Shown here: positions 8,183 through 17,818 of the stretch, in pieces
Layout: each line of letters begins with the position of its first letter
Numbering within the stretch: position 1 is the first letter of the stretch
Source of the DNA: Myxococcota bacterium
GTDB taxonomy: Bacteria; Myxococcota_A; UBA796; CAJQPC01
Assembly: GCA_036229005.1 (NCBI GenBank)
Contig: JAZAMN010000030.1
Coordinates: forward strand, 1-64,000
DNA length: 64,000 nucleotides
Direction of reading: 5' to 3'
Notes under the pieces: model-generated
What the model was told of the DNA's origin: nothing
Databases searched by the model: none
What the model saw: the letters and a program-made list of their open reading frames with translations, nothing else
Program-made: the position numbers and the translations under genes

Positions 8183-10399
8183 GTGACGCCGCTGCTCGCT
8201 GGACTGGCCGCCCTGCTGCTGGGGATCGGTGCGCTGCTGCGCTCTCCCTGGGCGCGCGCGCCGCTGTCTCTGGGGTTGCTCGCCGTGTTGGGGCTGCAGC
8301 TCGCCCGCGAAGCCTGGCTGCTGCCGGGGATCCTGGCGGCCCTCGGGGCGGGGCTGTTGTGGCTGCCCCGAGAGCGCCTCCGCCTCTATGGCGCCGCGCT
8401 GGCCTCCCTGCTCTGTCTGGGGACCAGCCTCGCCCACGGGCGCCTGCGCCACGACACCCAGGCCTGCACGCTCCAGCCACCCGCGCCCCGCGCGCCCACC
8501 CAGCCCCTCCCAGAGAGCGCGCCCCCGGGCGGCCGGGTCGACCTCTTCACGCAGCCCGCCCAGGTCTCCGGCCAGGCCCAGGCCCCCCGCAGCCTCGCGG
8601 TGGAGCAGAGCTGGGGTCAGGGCGCCCAGGTCGCGGTGCAGGCGCCCTTCCCGGTGGCCTTTGTCGAGATCCAGGTCCAGGCCGCCGAGCCCACCACCCT
8701 GCGCGTGTTTCCCTCCGGCAGCGGCGACTTCACCGAGGTCGAGCGCGGTCAGGCGGAGCTCCAGCTCGCGGTCTCCGCAGGCCCGCAGACCCTGCGCGCG
8801 GACATCGAGGAGATCCTGCTCGGCGGCTGGAACGGGGCCCAGGCCCTCTCCGGACTGTCCCTGCAGTTGGAGGGCCCCGGCGAGATCGGCGAGGTCCGGC
8901 TGCTGGCCCCAGAGGCGCGCCTGGAGCAGCCCGTCTCCCAGGTGCAGGCGCAGGTCCAGGGGGTGCTGCGGCCTTCGTGGGCGGTGCAGGCGGGGGCTGA
9001 GGTGAGGCTCGTGGCCCCCAGCACGGGTGTGCTCACCTTCTACACAGCCAGTCCGGGTGGGGGATCGGCTCAGCTTGTCCTCGCCGGCGAGGAGATCGTC
9101 AGGCGCTCGGGACCGGGCTGGTCCCGGCACGAAGTGCCGGTCGTGGTGGGCCAAGAGCTGGTGTTCCGCAGCGAGGCCTCCTCCTCCTTCTTCGGGAGCC
9201 CGCAGATCCTGTCCCCGGCGAAGGCGGCGCCCAACGTGGTGGTCTACCTGGTGGACACCCTGCGGGCCGACCACGTGGGCTTCTGGGGCGGGGCGGCCAC
9301 CCCGAACATGGACCGGCTGGCGCAGGAGGGCGCGGTGTTCTCGTGGGCCCTGAGCACCGGGAGCTGGACCAAGCCGACCATCCCGACCCTGATGAGCGGG
9401 GTGCACCCAGGGACCCACCAGGTGGGCGCCCTCAGCAACACCGACCGCGTGCCCCCGGACCTGCTGCTGATGCAGGAGCGCTTTGCGCAGGGTGGCTGGG
9501 CGACGGCGAGCTTCTCGGCCAGCCCGCTGGGGAGCACGCTGTCGGGGCTGGACCGGGGCTTCGATGTGGCCTTGCCGCCCGCCTACTGGGAGGTGGACCG
9601 CAGCGCCGCCCAGACCCCGCCGGACAGCGCGCTGATCCAGGAGCTGCTGGACTGGCTGGACGCGCAGCAGCGGCCGGGCTTTGCCTACGTGCACACCCTG
9701 GACGTGCACCAGTACTACCTGCGCGGCGGGGTGGAAGACCGCAGCCACGCCAACTACCTGGACGCCATCCAGCAGGCCGACGCGCAGCTCGGGGCGCTGA
9801 TCTCGGCGCTGGAGGCCCGCCCGGAGCCCACGCTGCTGGTGCTGGTCTCGGACCACGGGGAGAGCTTCCACGACCACGGGCTCTGGTCGCACGGGACGGG
9901 ATTGGCGCTGTCCCAGACCCATGTGCCCTGGGTGTTCTGGCGCTCCGACGGCGCGCTGGTCCCCCAGACCCACACCCAGCCGGTGAGCCTGATGGACCTG
10001 GCGCCCACGCTGCTGGACTGGATGGGCCTGCCGCCCCTGCCCGAGGCCGAGGGGGTGAGCCGCGTGCCGCTGATGCAGGGCCTGGGGATGGAGCAGCAGG
10101 CCCAGGTCAGCTCGCTGTTCCGCTTCACCTGGAAGCCCGACGCGCCGCAGCAGCACACCCTGGTCGGGCCCGGGGGCCGCAAGCTCTGGTGGACCGGGGA
10201 GCGGCTGCTGGCCTTCGACCTGGAGGCGGACCCCTGCGAGGCGCGAAGTCGGGTGCTTCAGGAGGACCCCGCGCTCCAGGCCTGGCTGGCGCGGCAGCCC
10301 CAAGACGCCCAACGCTTCACGGAGCGGCACGGTCAGGTGGCGGGGACGCTGAGCCCCCAGGAGGAGGAGCGGCTGCGGCTGCTCGGCTACATCGAATAG
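8183..10399 (+). CDS. Membrane-anchored sulfatase-like (alkaline phosphatase superfamily) protein
   Basis: PNVVVYLVDTLRADH, SWTKPT, VSDHGE..DHG, C-terminal LRLLGYIE. GTG start inferred. Confidence 0.8.
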   Translation: MTPLLAGLAALLLGIGALLRSPWARAPLSLGLLAVLGLQLAREAWLLPGILAALGAGLLWLPRERLRLYGAALASLLCLGTSLAHGRLRHDTQACTLQPPAPRAPTQPLPESAPPGGRVDLFTQPAQVSGQAQAPRSLAVEQSWGQGAQVAVQAPFPVAFVEIQVQAAEPTTLRVFPSGSGDFTEVERGQAELQLAVSAGPQTLRADIEEILLGGWNGAQALSGLSLQLEGPGEIGEVRLLAPEARLEQPVSQVQAQVQGVLRPSWAVQAGAEVRLVAPSTGVLTFYTASPGGGSAQLVLAGEEIVRRSGPGWSRHEVPVVVGQELVFRSEASSSFFGSPQILSPAKAAPNVVVYLVDTLRADHVGFWGGAATPNMDRLAQEGAVFSWALSTGSWTKPTIPTLMSGVHPGTHQVGALSNTDRVPPDLLLMQERFAQGGWATASFSASPLGSTLSGLDRGFDVALPPAYWEVDRSAAQTPPDSALIQELLDWLDAQQRPGFAYVHTLDVHQYYLRGGVEDRSHANYLDAIQQADAQLGALISALEARPEPTLLVLVSDHGESFHDHGLWSHGTGLALSQTHVPWVFWRSDGALVPQTHTQPVSLMDLAPTLLDWMGLPPLPEAEGVSRVPLMQGLGMEQQAQVSSLFRFTWKPDAPQQHTLVGPGGRKLWWTGERLLAFDLEADPCEARSRVLQEDPALQAWLARQPQDAQRFTERHGQVAGTLSPQEEERLRLLGYIE

Positions 10400-10405
10400 G
10401 GCCGG

Positions 10406-10882
10406 TCAGCCCTCCAGAGCCGTCCGCACGCGCTGCTCCAGGGCCGCGCGGTTCCGCAGCGACAGGGTCATCAGGAAGGCGACCAGGCCGCCGCCCAGGG
10501 CGAGCTCGCCCCCGATCAGCAGGGCCATCTGCGCGGGCCGGTCCGAGAACATCCCGCCCATCACGATGGCGTGGATGGGGAGCACGAACACAGTCGCCAC
10601 CAGGGGCAGGAACCAGGTCAGCGCGTGCACCGAGACCGTGCCCTGGACCCGGGTGCCGCTGTCCTGGGGGTGCAGCGCGCACTCGGCGACGGCGATCAGG
10701 TTGCGGCCCGCGTGGCGCTTGAGGGTGAAGCGGTCGGGCCCGCTGCGCTCGACACCCAGGTGGTGGTGCATGCGCCAGAAGCCCTCGCTGGGTTGGGCCA
10801 GGGCCTCCAGGCGGGCCGCGCAGTCCTCCATTGAGAGGGGAGAGTGGAGGGAGAGGGGGAGGGTTCGCTTGGGCAGGGCCAT
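10406..10882 (-). CDS. Hypothetical membrane protein (2 TM)
   Basis: ORF downstream of the MFS gene with two hydrophobic C-terminal helices. Confidence 0.55.
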   Translation of the reverse strand: MALPKRTLPLSLHSPLSMEDCAARLEALAQPSEGFWRMHHHLGVERSGPDRFTLKRHAGRNLIAVAECALHPQDSGTRVQGTVSVHALTWFLPLVATVFVLPIHAIVMGGMFSDRPAQMALLIGGELALGGGLVAFLMTLSLRNRAALEQRVRTALEG

Positions 10883-10890
10883 GGGCTCAC

Positions 10891-12138
10891 CTACTCCCCT
10901 GCGTTGGCCCCCGCACGGGCTGGGACCTCTGCGCGCCGACGAGGCATCCGGTAGGCGACCCGCACCCCCGAGGCCAGGGTGAGCGCGGCGACCGACCAGA
11001 GCGCGGCCTTGACCCCGAAGGCGTCCGCGATCCCGCCGGCGAGCAGGGCCCCGGCCGCGTACCCGGAGTCCCGCCACAACCGGTAGGTCCCCACGGCTTT
11101 GGCGCGCCAGCTCGGGTGGGCGGCGTCCCCGACGGCGGCGAGCAGGGTGGGGTAGACCAGCGCGGTGCCCAGCCCGAGCAGGGCCGCGGACAGGGCGAAG
11201 CCGGGGAAGGCCGCGCTCAGGGCGACGCCGGCGATGCCGAGCGCCTGTACCGCCATGCCGGCCACGATGAAGGGCTTGCGGCCCCAGCGGTCGGAGGCCG
11301 CCCCGGTCCAGAGCTGGCCCAGGCCCCACACGGCGGGCGTCAGGGCCACCAGCCAGCCGATGCGGCCCAGGGAGAGGCCGGCGGCGGCGAACACCAGGGG
11401 GAAGAGGCCCCAGGCCAGGCCGTCGTTGAGGTTGTTGAAGAAGCCGGCCTGGCAAGCCGAGGCCAGGGTGGGGTCCCGGAAGGAGGTGCGCAGGAAGGGG
11501 CTGTCCGGTGGCGGGGAGGGGGCCTCGCTGGCCTCCAGGGCGGCGTGGGTGTGGGTCTCCCGCACCAGGAGCACGGACAGCAGGGTCCCCGCCGCAGCGA
11601 AACCCAACCCCAGCGCGAAGGGCTCCGGGCCCAGGCCCCAGCGGGTGGCCGCGTAGCCGGTGAGCAGGGCGGCGCCGGCGACCGCCAGGTAGCCAGCGAA
11701 CTCGTTCAGGCCCATCGCGAGGCCGCGGCGGGCCGGCCCGGCCAGGTCGATCTTCATGATCACGGTGGTGGACCAGGTCAGGCCCTGGGAGAGCCCCAGC
11801 AGGGCGTTCGCAGCCACCACCCAGCCCCAGCTCTTGGCGGTCATGAGCAGCACCGGGACCGGCAGGGCCAGCAGCCAGCCCAGGACCAGGACGGGCTTGC
11901 GGCCCCAGCGCTCACCCAGGGAGCCAGCCAGGGCGTTGCTGGCCGCCTTGCTCAGTCCAAAGACGGCGATGAAGCTCAGGACCGCCGTGGTCGCCCCCAG
12001 CCCGAAGCGCTGCTCGCCCAGCAGGGGGAGCAGGGTGCGCTCCAGGCCCACCATCGCGCCCACGAAGGCGTTGACCAGCACCAGCAGGGAGAACTGGGCC
12101 CAGTTGGCGCGCAGTCCCAGCCGGGGCGTGGCGTTCAC
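10891..12138 (-). CDS. MFS transporter
   Basis: About 12 TM helices, GERWGRK and SDRWGRK motif A. GTGA overlap with the upstream gene. Confidence 0.9.
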   Translation of the reverse strand: MNATPRLGLRANWAQFSLLVLVNAFVGAMVGLERTLLPLLGEQRFGLGATTAVLSFIAVFGLSKAASNALAGSLGERWGRKPVLVLGWLLALPVPVLLMTAKSWGWVVAANALLGLSQGLTWSTTVIMKIDLAGPARRGLAMGLNEFAGYLAVAGAALLTGYAATRWGLGPEPFALGLGFAAAGTLLSVLLVRETHTHAALEASEAPSPPPDSPFLRTSFRDPTLASACQAGFFNNLNDGLAWGLFPLVFAAAGLSLGRIGWLVALTPAVWGLGQLWTGAASDRWGRKPFIVAGMAVQALGIAGVALSAAFPGFALSAALLGLGTALVYPTLLAAVGDAAHPSWRAKAVGTYRLWRDSGYAAGALLAGGIADAFGVKAALWSVAALTLASGVRVAYRMPRRRAEVPARAGANAGE

Positions 12139-12812
12139 CGGCCGGACTCGATGGCGCCGCCCGCGAGCCGCCACTCGGCGATGCAGGCCTCCAGGCGCAC
12201 GGCCCGAAAGCCCTCGGCGCGCAGCAGCTCGACGGCCTGGGGGGCGAAGGTGCACTGGGGCCCGCGGCAGGTGGCCACCAGCAGGCGGTCGCGGGGGAGC
12301 TCGTCCAGGCGGTGGGGGAGTTGGTCGATGGGCAGGCTCAGGGCGCCGGCGATGTGGGCGTGCTCGAACTCGGGGGCCGGGCGCAGGTCCAGCAGCAGGG
12401 CGCGGCCCTGGGCCAGCTCGGTCTGCAGGGTCTGCGGGCTGATGTCCTCGCTGGCGCCGTGGGTCTCAAAGAAGCTGCGGCGGGTCTCGCGCAGGGTCGG
12501 TGAGCAGGAGGTGGCGAGGGCCCGGATCTGCACCATCGCTTGATCCACCCCCGGGACCAGGGAGTAGACGATCCGCTTGCCCCGCCTCTGGGTGCGCACG
12601 AGGCCACCGCGCTTGAGCACCTGCAGGTGCTGGGAGGCGCTCGCGATCGGCTGGCCGCTGCCCCCAGCCAGGCTGTCCACGGAGCGGGGTCCCTGGATCA
12701 GCAGCTCCAGCAGCTCCAGACGCTTGGGGTTTGCGAAGGCCTTGGAGACCTCCGCCATGGCCAGGTACGCGCTGTCCTTGAACGCGCGGTCCGTAAGTCT
12801 ATCATTCAACAT
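12135..12812 (-). CDS. ArsR/SmtB regulator fused to a rhodanese domain
   Basis: KAFANPKRLELL..ASQHLQVL wHTH; DLRPAPEFEHAHIAGA and CRGPQC rhodanese. Confidence 0.9.
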   Translation of the reverse strand: MLNDRLTDRAFKDSAYLAMAEVSKAFANPKRLELLELLIQGPRSVDSLAGGSGQPIASASQHLQVLKRGGLVRTQRRGKRIVYSLVPGVDQAMVQIRALATSCSPTLRETRRSFFETHGASEDISPQTLQTELAQGRALLLDLRPAPEFEHAHIAGALSLPIDQLPHRLDELPRDRLLVATCRGPQCTFAPQAVELLRAEGFRAVRLEACIAEWRLAGGAIESGR

Positions 12813-12880
12813 AAGTGTAGAGTGACATCCTCTGACACCATGGTCAAGCTCTGTCCCCGGAGTCCGTACAGGGATTGCGC

Positions 12881-14542
12881 ATGGACAGCCCAAAGCTATC
12901 GACGGAGCCCTTGGAACAGGGCCGCGAGCGACTCCACGCGGAGTGGGTCGGCTGGCTGAACTACGTCCTGCCCCCACCGGGGCTGGCCCTGGGCTTCCTG
13001 GCGGTCAGCCAAAGCGAGCATCGGCTGCTCAGCGGCGGGGTGATGACCGCCTACTTCATGCTGAACATCGGCATGTCGCAGCTCACCCGCTGGGGCTTCC
13101 GCATCGACGCGGTGGGGTGGGAGCGCTTCCTGCTGAACGCGGGCTTCCTGCTGATCTTCTCGTGGGTCTGCGGGCCGGACACCCACGCCTGGACCATCGG
13201 CGCGGTGCCCATCTTCGCGGGGCTGGCCTCGGACATCCGGGCGCGGCGGCTGCGGGCCATGATCGGCTTCACGATCGCCCCCGTGCTCGGGGCCTGGCTG
13301 GGCGGAGACTCCCTGGGCGAGCTCGCGATGGCGGCCGTCGTCCTGAGCTCCGTGGCCTGGCTGGCCTGGCACTTCCACGAGAGCCTGGGCGGGGTCTGGC
13401 GCCGCGCGATGGACCGGGAGCTCGCGCTGGCCGCCAAGGCCGAGCAGCTTGAGCAGGCGCTGGACTCCCGGCGCAGCTTCCTGGCGACCATGTCGCATGA
13501 GATCCGCACCCCCCTCAACGGCATCCTGGGCATGGGCGAGCTGCTGCGCATGAGCCGCTTGGACGGGGAGCAGCGGCAGATGGTGGACAGCCTGGTGGGC
13601 TCCGGACAGGGCCTGCTCCAGGTGCTCAACGACATCCTGGACACCTCCAAGCTCGAGGCGGGCAAGGTGGAGCTGGTGGAGGAGGCCTTTGACCCCTCGG
13701 AGCTCGCGCGGTCCACCGTCCAGCTCCTGGGCAGCCGCGCGGGCCCGGAGCTCAGCCTCGAAGTCGAGGTGGACATGTTGCCGCCGGCGCTGCTTGGGGA
13801 CGCCGGGCGGCTCCGGCAGGTGCTCCTGAACCTGGTGGGCAACGCGCTCAAGTTCACCTCGCAGGGGCGGGTGCTTCTGCGGATGCGCTGGGAGGCCGAC
13901 CAGCTCCACGTGGCGGTGGAAGACACCGGCATCGGCATCGCCCCCGAGCATCAACATCGGCTCATGGAGCCCTTCGAGCAGGCCGAGGCGGGGACCACCC
14001 GCAGCTACGGCGGAACGGGCCTGGGCCTGAGCATCAGCCGGCGGCTGGTGGAGCTCATGGGCGGCGAGCTGCGCCTGGAGTCCGAGCTGGGGAAGGGGAG
14101 CTGCTTCTGCTTCACGATCGCGGCCCCCAAGACAGATGCGCCCACCGCTCTGGCCCAAGAGGAGTGGCGCCTCTCGGGGCGCGTGCTGGTCGTCGAGGAC
14201 AACCCGGTCAACATGATGGTGACCTCGCGCTTGCTCGAGAGCATGGGGTGTGAGGTGCTGCAGGCTGTGAATGGGGTGCAGGCCCTCGCGGCGATCAAGC
14301 AGAGCCCCTCCGTCAGCCTGCTCCACATGGACTGTCGCATGCCGGAGATGGACGGCCTGGAGGCCACCCGCCGCCTCCGGGCGCAGGGGTTGGAGACCCC
14401 CATCCTGGCCTTGACCGCGGGCGTCACGGAGGAGGAGCGGAGGGCCTGCGCGGAGGCCGGAATGGACGGGGTCCTGCCCAAGCCGTTGGCCAGACAGGAC
14501 CTCTTCCAGGCGCTCGCCCCCCGACTCAGCCGGGCGGCATAG
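12881..14542 (+). CDS. Membrane hybrid histidine kinase/response regulator
   Basis: MSHEIRTPLNG H-box, NALKFT, DTGIG, GGTGLGL; receiver VVEDN..MDCRMP..KP. Confidence 0.92.
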   Translation: MDSPKLSTEPLEQGRERLHAEWVGWLNYVLPPPGLALGFLAVSQSEHRLLSGGVMTAYFMLNIGMSQLTRWGFRIDAVGWERFLLNAGFLLIFSWVCGPDTHAWTIGAVPIFAGLASDIRARRLRAMIGFTIAPVLGAWLGGDSLGELAMAAVVLSSVAWLAWHFHESLGGVWRRAMDRELALAAKAEQLEQALDSRRSFLATMSHEIRTPLNGILGMGELLRMSRLDGEQRQMVDSLVGSGQGLLQVLNDILDTSKLEAGKVELVEEAFDPSELARSTVQLLGSRAGPELSLEVEVDMLPPALLGDAGRLRQVLLNLVGNALKFTSQGRVLLRMRWEADQLHVAVEDTGIGIAPEHQHRLMEPFEQAEAGTTRSYGGTGLGLSISRRLVELMGGELRLESELGKGSCFCFTIAAPKTDAPTALAQEEWRLSGRVLVVEDNPVNMMVTSRLLESMGCEVLQAVNGVQALAAIKQSPSVSLLHMDCRMPEMDGLEATRRLRAQGLETPILALTAGVTEEERRACAEAGMDGVLPKPLARQDLFQALAPRLSRAA

Positions 14543-14576
14543 GCGCCCTCAGTACGGAGTGTTCAGTACTGGGTCT

Positions 14577-14996
14577 TCAGTACTGGGCGACCAGGTAGCG
14601 CAGCAGGTCGGTGCTGGTGACCATGCCCTTGAGCACGCCGGCCTTGTCGACCACGGGGAGGGCGTGGAAGGGGCCCTCGGCCAGCAGCTCGGCGGACTTG
14701 CGGATGGTGTCGTGGTCGTTCACGCACACCGGCTCCGGGGTCATGAGCTGGTTCAGGGTGAACTCGGCGTCCAGGTGGGCGTCGACGCTGCGCTTGTCGT
14801 GGACGTAGGCGTCCAGGCTGAGCTTGGCGATGTCCTTGGCGGAGATGATGCCCACCAGCTTGTCGCCGTCGGTGACCGGGATGTGCTGGAAGGGGTTCTC
14901 GTCCAGCATCCGCCGCACGGTGGAGGGCTTCTGGCCCAGGTGCACGGACTTCACGTCGGCGGTCATGATGTGGTGGATGGGCTCGTTGCGGCGCAT
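14577..14996 (-). CDS. CBS-domain pair protein
   Basis: HIPVTDGDKLVGII and LPVVDKAGVLKGMVT. Confidence 0.9.
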   Translation of the reverse strand: MRRNEPIHHIMTADVKSVHLGQKPSTVRRMLDENPFQHIPVTDGDKLVGIISAKDIAKLSLDAYVHDKRSVDAHLDAEFTLNQLMTPEPVCVNDHDTIRKSAELLAEGPFHALPVVDKAGVLKGMVTSTDLLRYLVAQY

Positions 14997-15028
14997 TCCT
15001 GCCTCCTCTTTGTTGGATGGAGAGGAGA

Positions 15029-15043
15029 GCAAGGGGCGTGCCA
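15029..15043 (-). promoter_or_regulatory. Sigma54 (-24/-12) promoter for the CBS gene
   Basis: TGGCACGCCCCTTGC on the minus strand fits TGGCAC-N5-TTGC. Confidence 0.8.
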
Positions 15044-15177
15044 GCGCCAAGGTGCTGAGATCGCGTGGTCCGCGCGGGGAGCGATGTGGGATTTGGCCCA
15101 TCCGAGGCCGCTGTCCTGGGCGATACGCCCACCGCGGCTTGATTAGGCTGCTCGCCGATCCGTCCAGCAGGCCAAGG

Positions 15178-16815
15178 ATGGGAAGCTACATGGGTCGTTC
15201 GACGAGGCGCTGGGGGGCTGTGGGGGCCGCATTTGGGGCATGTTTTCCGCTGATGGCGCTGGGGATCCGCTGCTCGCAGGTGGGGGCCGCGGGCGTGTCC
15301 GAGCTGGTCCAGAGCGACCCGCTGCTGTGGATCATCGGGACCGCGCCGCTGTTCCTGGGGGCCTTCGCTGCCCTGGGCGGGCGACAGCAGGACAAGGTCA
15401 GCGCCCTGAACGAGGGCCTGGAGGCGCAGGTCGCCGAGCGCACCGGTGAGCTCCGGGAGAGCGTGGAGGCCCTCGCGGATCGGGCCGCCGAGCAGAGCAG
15501 CCTGTTGGCCGGGCTGGAGCTTGGTCTGGTCTGTTTCTGCCGGGACGGGACGCTCTCCTCCGTGCGCTCCCAGGCCTTTGACGCGCTCTTCGAGGGGGCC
15601 GGGGACTGCCCCAGCATCGACCAGCTCCTGGCGCGCTTCGCGGGGCTTGAGCCGGAGGATGTGGCCTGGGTGCGCGAGATGCTCTGGGACCCGGAGTTCC
15701 ACAGCCCCTTCCAGGACACCGTGGCCATGATCCAGGGGCGCTCGGTCTGGCAGGGGCGCACCCTGGAGCGCCGCTTCGCCCCGATCCATGACGCCGAAGG
15801 GCAGCTCTCCATGGTCCTGCTCCAGGTGCTGGACATCAGCGAGCAGCTCGCCGCTCTGGAGGCGCAGGCCGAAGCCACCGCGCGCATGGAGCGCCTGGGC
15901 ACCGCCTCCCGCTCCGTCGACGCCTTCCGCCGCTTCGTGCGCGAGAGCGAGGCGCTGTTCCAGAGCTGCGGGGAGGGCTGCTCGAGCGTGGAGCGGGCCC
16001 GGGCCATGCACACCCTCAAGGGCAACGCCCGCAGCTTCGGCTTCCACGAGGTCGCCCACAGGGTGCACCTGGCCGAAGACCTCATGGCCGCCGGCGGGGT
16101 CCCCGACCCCGGGCCTGTCTCCGACGTGTTCCACCGTCAGGTGCAGGAGGTCTGCGACGTCCTGGGGCTGAACCTGGAAGGCGACCAGATCATGGTCTCC
16201 GCCGGCCAGCTCGACGCCCTGACCGCCATCGCCCCGCCCGCCCTCAAGCGCCGCCTGGAGCGCCTGAGCTGGCAGTCTCCCCACCAGCAGCTCTCCCAGC
16301 ATCTGGGGGCGGTGCGGCGATTGGCCCGGCAGCGCGGGGTGGAGCTGGACTTGGGGGTCGAGGGGCCCCGCCTGCCCGTGGGGACGCTCGCGGTCTTTGA
16401 CGTGGCGCTCACCCACATCCTCACCAACGGGGTGGTGCACGCGGCCCGTCCGGATCGGCCCCTGCGCGTGTTGATCCGGGTGCTCGGGTCTCCCCAGGAG
16501 CTGGTGATCGAGGTGAAGGATGATGGCAAGGGCATCGACCACCACCGCCTGGCTGCCAAGGCTGTCCAGAGCGGTCTCTGGACCCCTGGTGAAGCCGAGG
16601 TCGCCTCGGTGACGGCCTGCCAGGACCTGGTGTTCGCCGCCGGGCTCTCCTCCCGCGACAAAGTCGATGAGGCCGCTGGGCGCGGCGTAGGTCTGGACGC
16701 TGTCCGCGCCGACCTGGAGGCCCTGGGAGGCAGCGCCCAGGTGCGCTCCGTGCTGGGTGAGGGGACCCGCTTCCTGCTGTCCGTGCCGCGAGCCACCCTG
16801 CGCGAGGCCGCGTGA
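15178..16815 (+). CDS. Membrane-anchored CheA-like kinase (TM-PAS-like-Hpt-HATPase, no CheW domain)
   Basis: MHTLKGNAR Hpt, DDGKGID, AGRGVGLDAV. Start could be 15190. Confidence 0.8.
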   Translation: MGSYMGRSTRRWGAVGAAFGACFPLMALGIRCSQVGAAGVSELVQSDPLLWIIGTAPLFLGAFAALGGRQQDKVSALNEGLEAQVAERTGELRESVEALADRAAEQSSLLAGLELGLVCFCRDGTLSSVRSQAFDALFEGAGDCPSIDQLLARFAGLEPEDVAWVREMLWDPEFHSPFQDTVAMIQGRSVWQGRTLERRFAPIHDAEGQLSMVLLQVLDISEQLAALEAQAEATARMERLGTASRSVDAFRRFVRESEALFQSCGEGCSSVERARAMHTLKGNARSFGFHEVAHRVHLAEDLMAAGGVPDPGPVSDVFHRQVQEVCDVLGLNLEGDQIMVSAGQLDALTAIAPPALKRRLERLSWQSPHQQLSQHLGAVRRLARQRGVELDLGVEGPRLPVGTLAVFDVALTHILTNGVVHAARPDRPLRVLIRVLGSPQELVIEVKDDGKGIDHHRLAAKAVQSGLWTPGEAEVASVTACQDLVFAAGLSSRDKVDEAAGRGVGLDAVRADLEALGGSAQVRSVLGEGTRFLLSVPRATLREAA

Positions 16816-16837
16816 GCGCTCAGGGCCTGGGGCTCGC

Positions 16838-17818
16838 TCAGAACCCCACCTGCGTCTGCAGGTACAGCGTGTGGTGCATCGCCTGGTCGTGCTCGCCCTC
16901 GTAGGCCAGGGTCTGCACCATGTGCCAGTTGTCCAGGTGCAGGTTCGCGCCGACGCCCACCCGGTGCAGCAGGGCGTCGTCCTGCTGGATGGTGTCCCAG
17001 GCCAGCACGGGCTCCAGGTCGAAGTTCTCGTGGAAGCTGAAGCGGTGGGCCGCCATCGCGCCGACCGCCCCGTCCCAGCCGCTGTCGTCCAGGCGGTGGC
17101 TGCCGATGAGCTCGGTGTGCAGCGTCCAGCCATGCGCGTGCCAGGTGGCCGCCACGTCGCCGGTGCGGTCGCCAACGGGGGCGTCCTCTCCGAGCACCTT
17201 GACGGAGACCTCGTCGTGGATCCAGGTCCCTGCCGCAGCGTGGAAGGTCCAGCCCCCCGGGTGGTAGTCCACGGCCAGTATGGTGGTGGTCCCCACCCCT
17301 TGGATCGGCTTGCTCCCGGAGGGGTTGTAGACGCCCCCGCGGATCAGCAGCTCGGGCCGGACGTGGTGGGAGAGCTGGACGCCCGTCGCGCGCCGGGTGG
17401 AGAGCCAGGAGGTGGCCGAGCGGGTGGGCAGCAGGAGCTGTCCGGCGGGCACCAGGAACTCGGAGCTCAGGGGGGTCTTGAAGCGGCCGACGATGAGCTG
17501 GGTGGACTCCTTGCGGCCGATCATCGCGGTGGCGTCCAGCAGGACCAGGGTGCCGCTCGCGGCCTCGATCTGCAGGACGGAGCCGAAGCCGTCGGGGTGG
17601 GTGTAGACCGTCTGCAGCCGGGCGAAGTGCAGGTAGGCGCCGGTCTCGTGCTCGTCGAAGTCGTCCTCGGGACCCAGGTAGGAGCGGAAGCCACCCTCGG
17701 CGAGCCCGTGGACCTTGAAGTCTCCGTCCGTGATGGGCTCGTGGGGCAGAGGGCCGGTCTGGATGGGGGGCGGCGACGCCAGGGCTGCGCTGAGCCCCAG
17801 CACCGCGAGCGCCGTCAC
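16838..17818 (-). CDS. Outer-membrane porin-like (OprO/P-like) beta-barrel
   Basis: Signal peptide, VGRFKTPLS motif, C-terminal YLQTQVGF. Overlaps the sulP stop. Confidence 0.65.
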   Translation of the reverse strand: MTALAVLGLSAALASPPPIQTGPLPHEPITDGDFKVHGLAEGGFRSYLGPEDDFDEHETGAYLHFARLQTVYTHPDGFGSVLQIEAASGTLVLLDATAMIGRKESTQLIVGRFKTPLSSEFLVPAGQLLLPTRSATSWLSTRRATGVQLSHHVRPELLIRGGVYNPSGSKPIQGVGTTTILAVDYHPGGWTFHAAAGTWIHDEVSVKVLGEDAPVGDRTGDVAATWHAHGWTLHTELIGSHRLDDSGWDGAVGAMAAHRFSFHENFDLEPVLAWDTIQQDDALLHRVGVGANLHLDNWHMVQTLAYEGEHDQAMHHTLYLQTQVGF

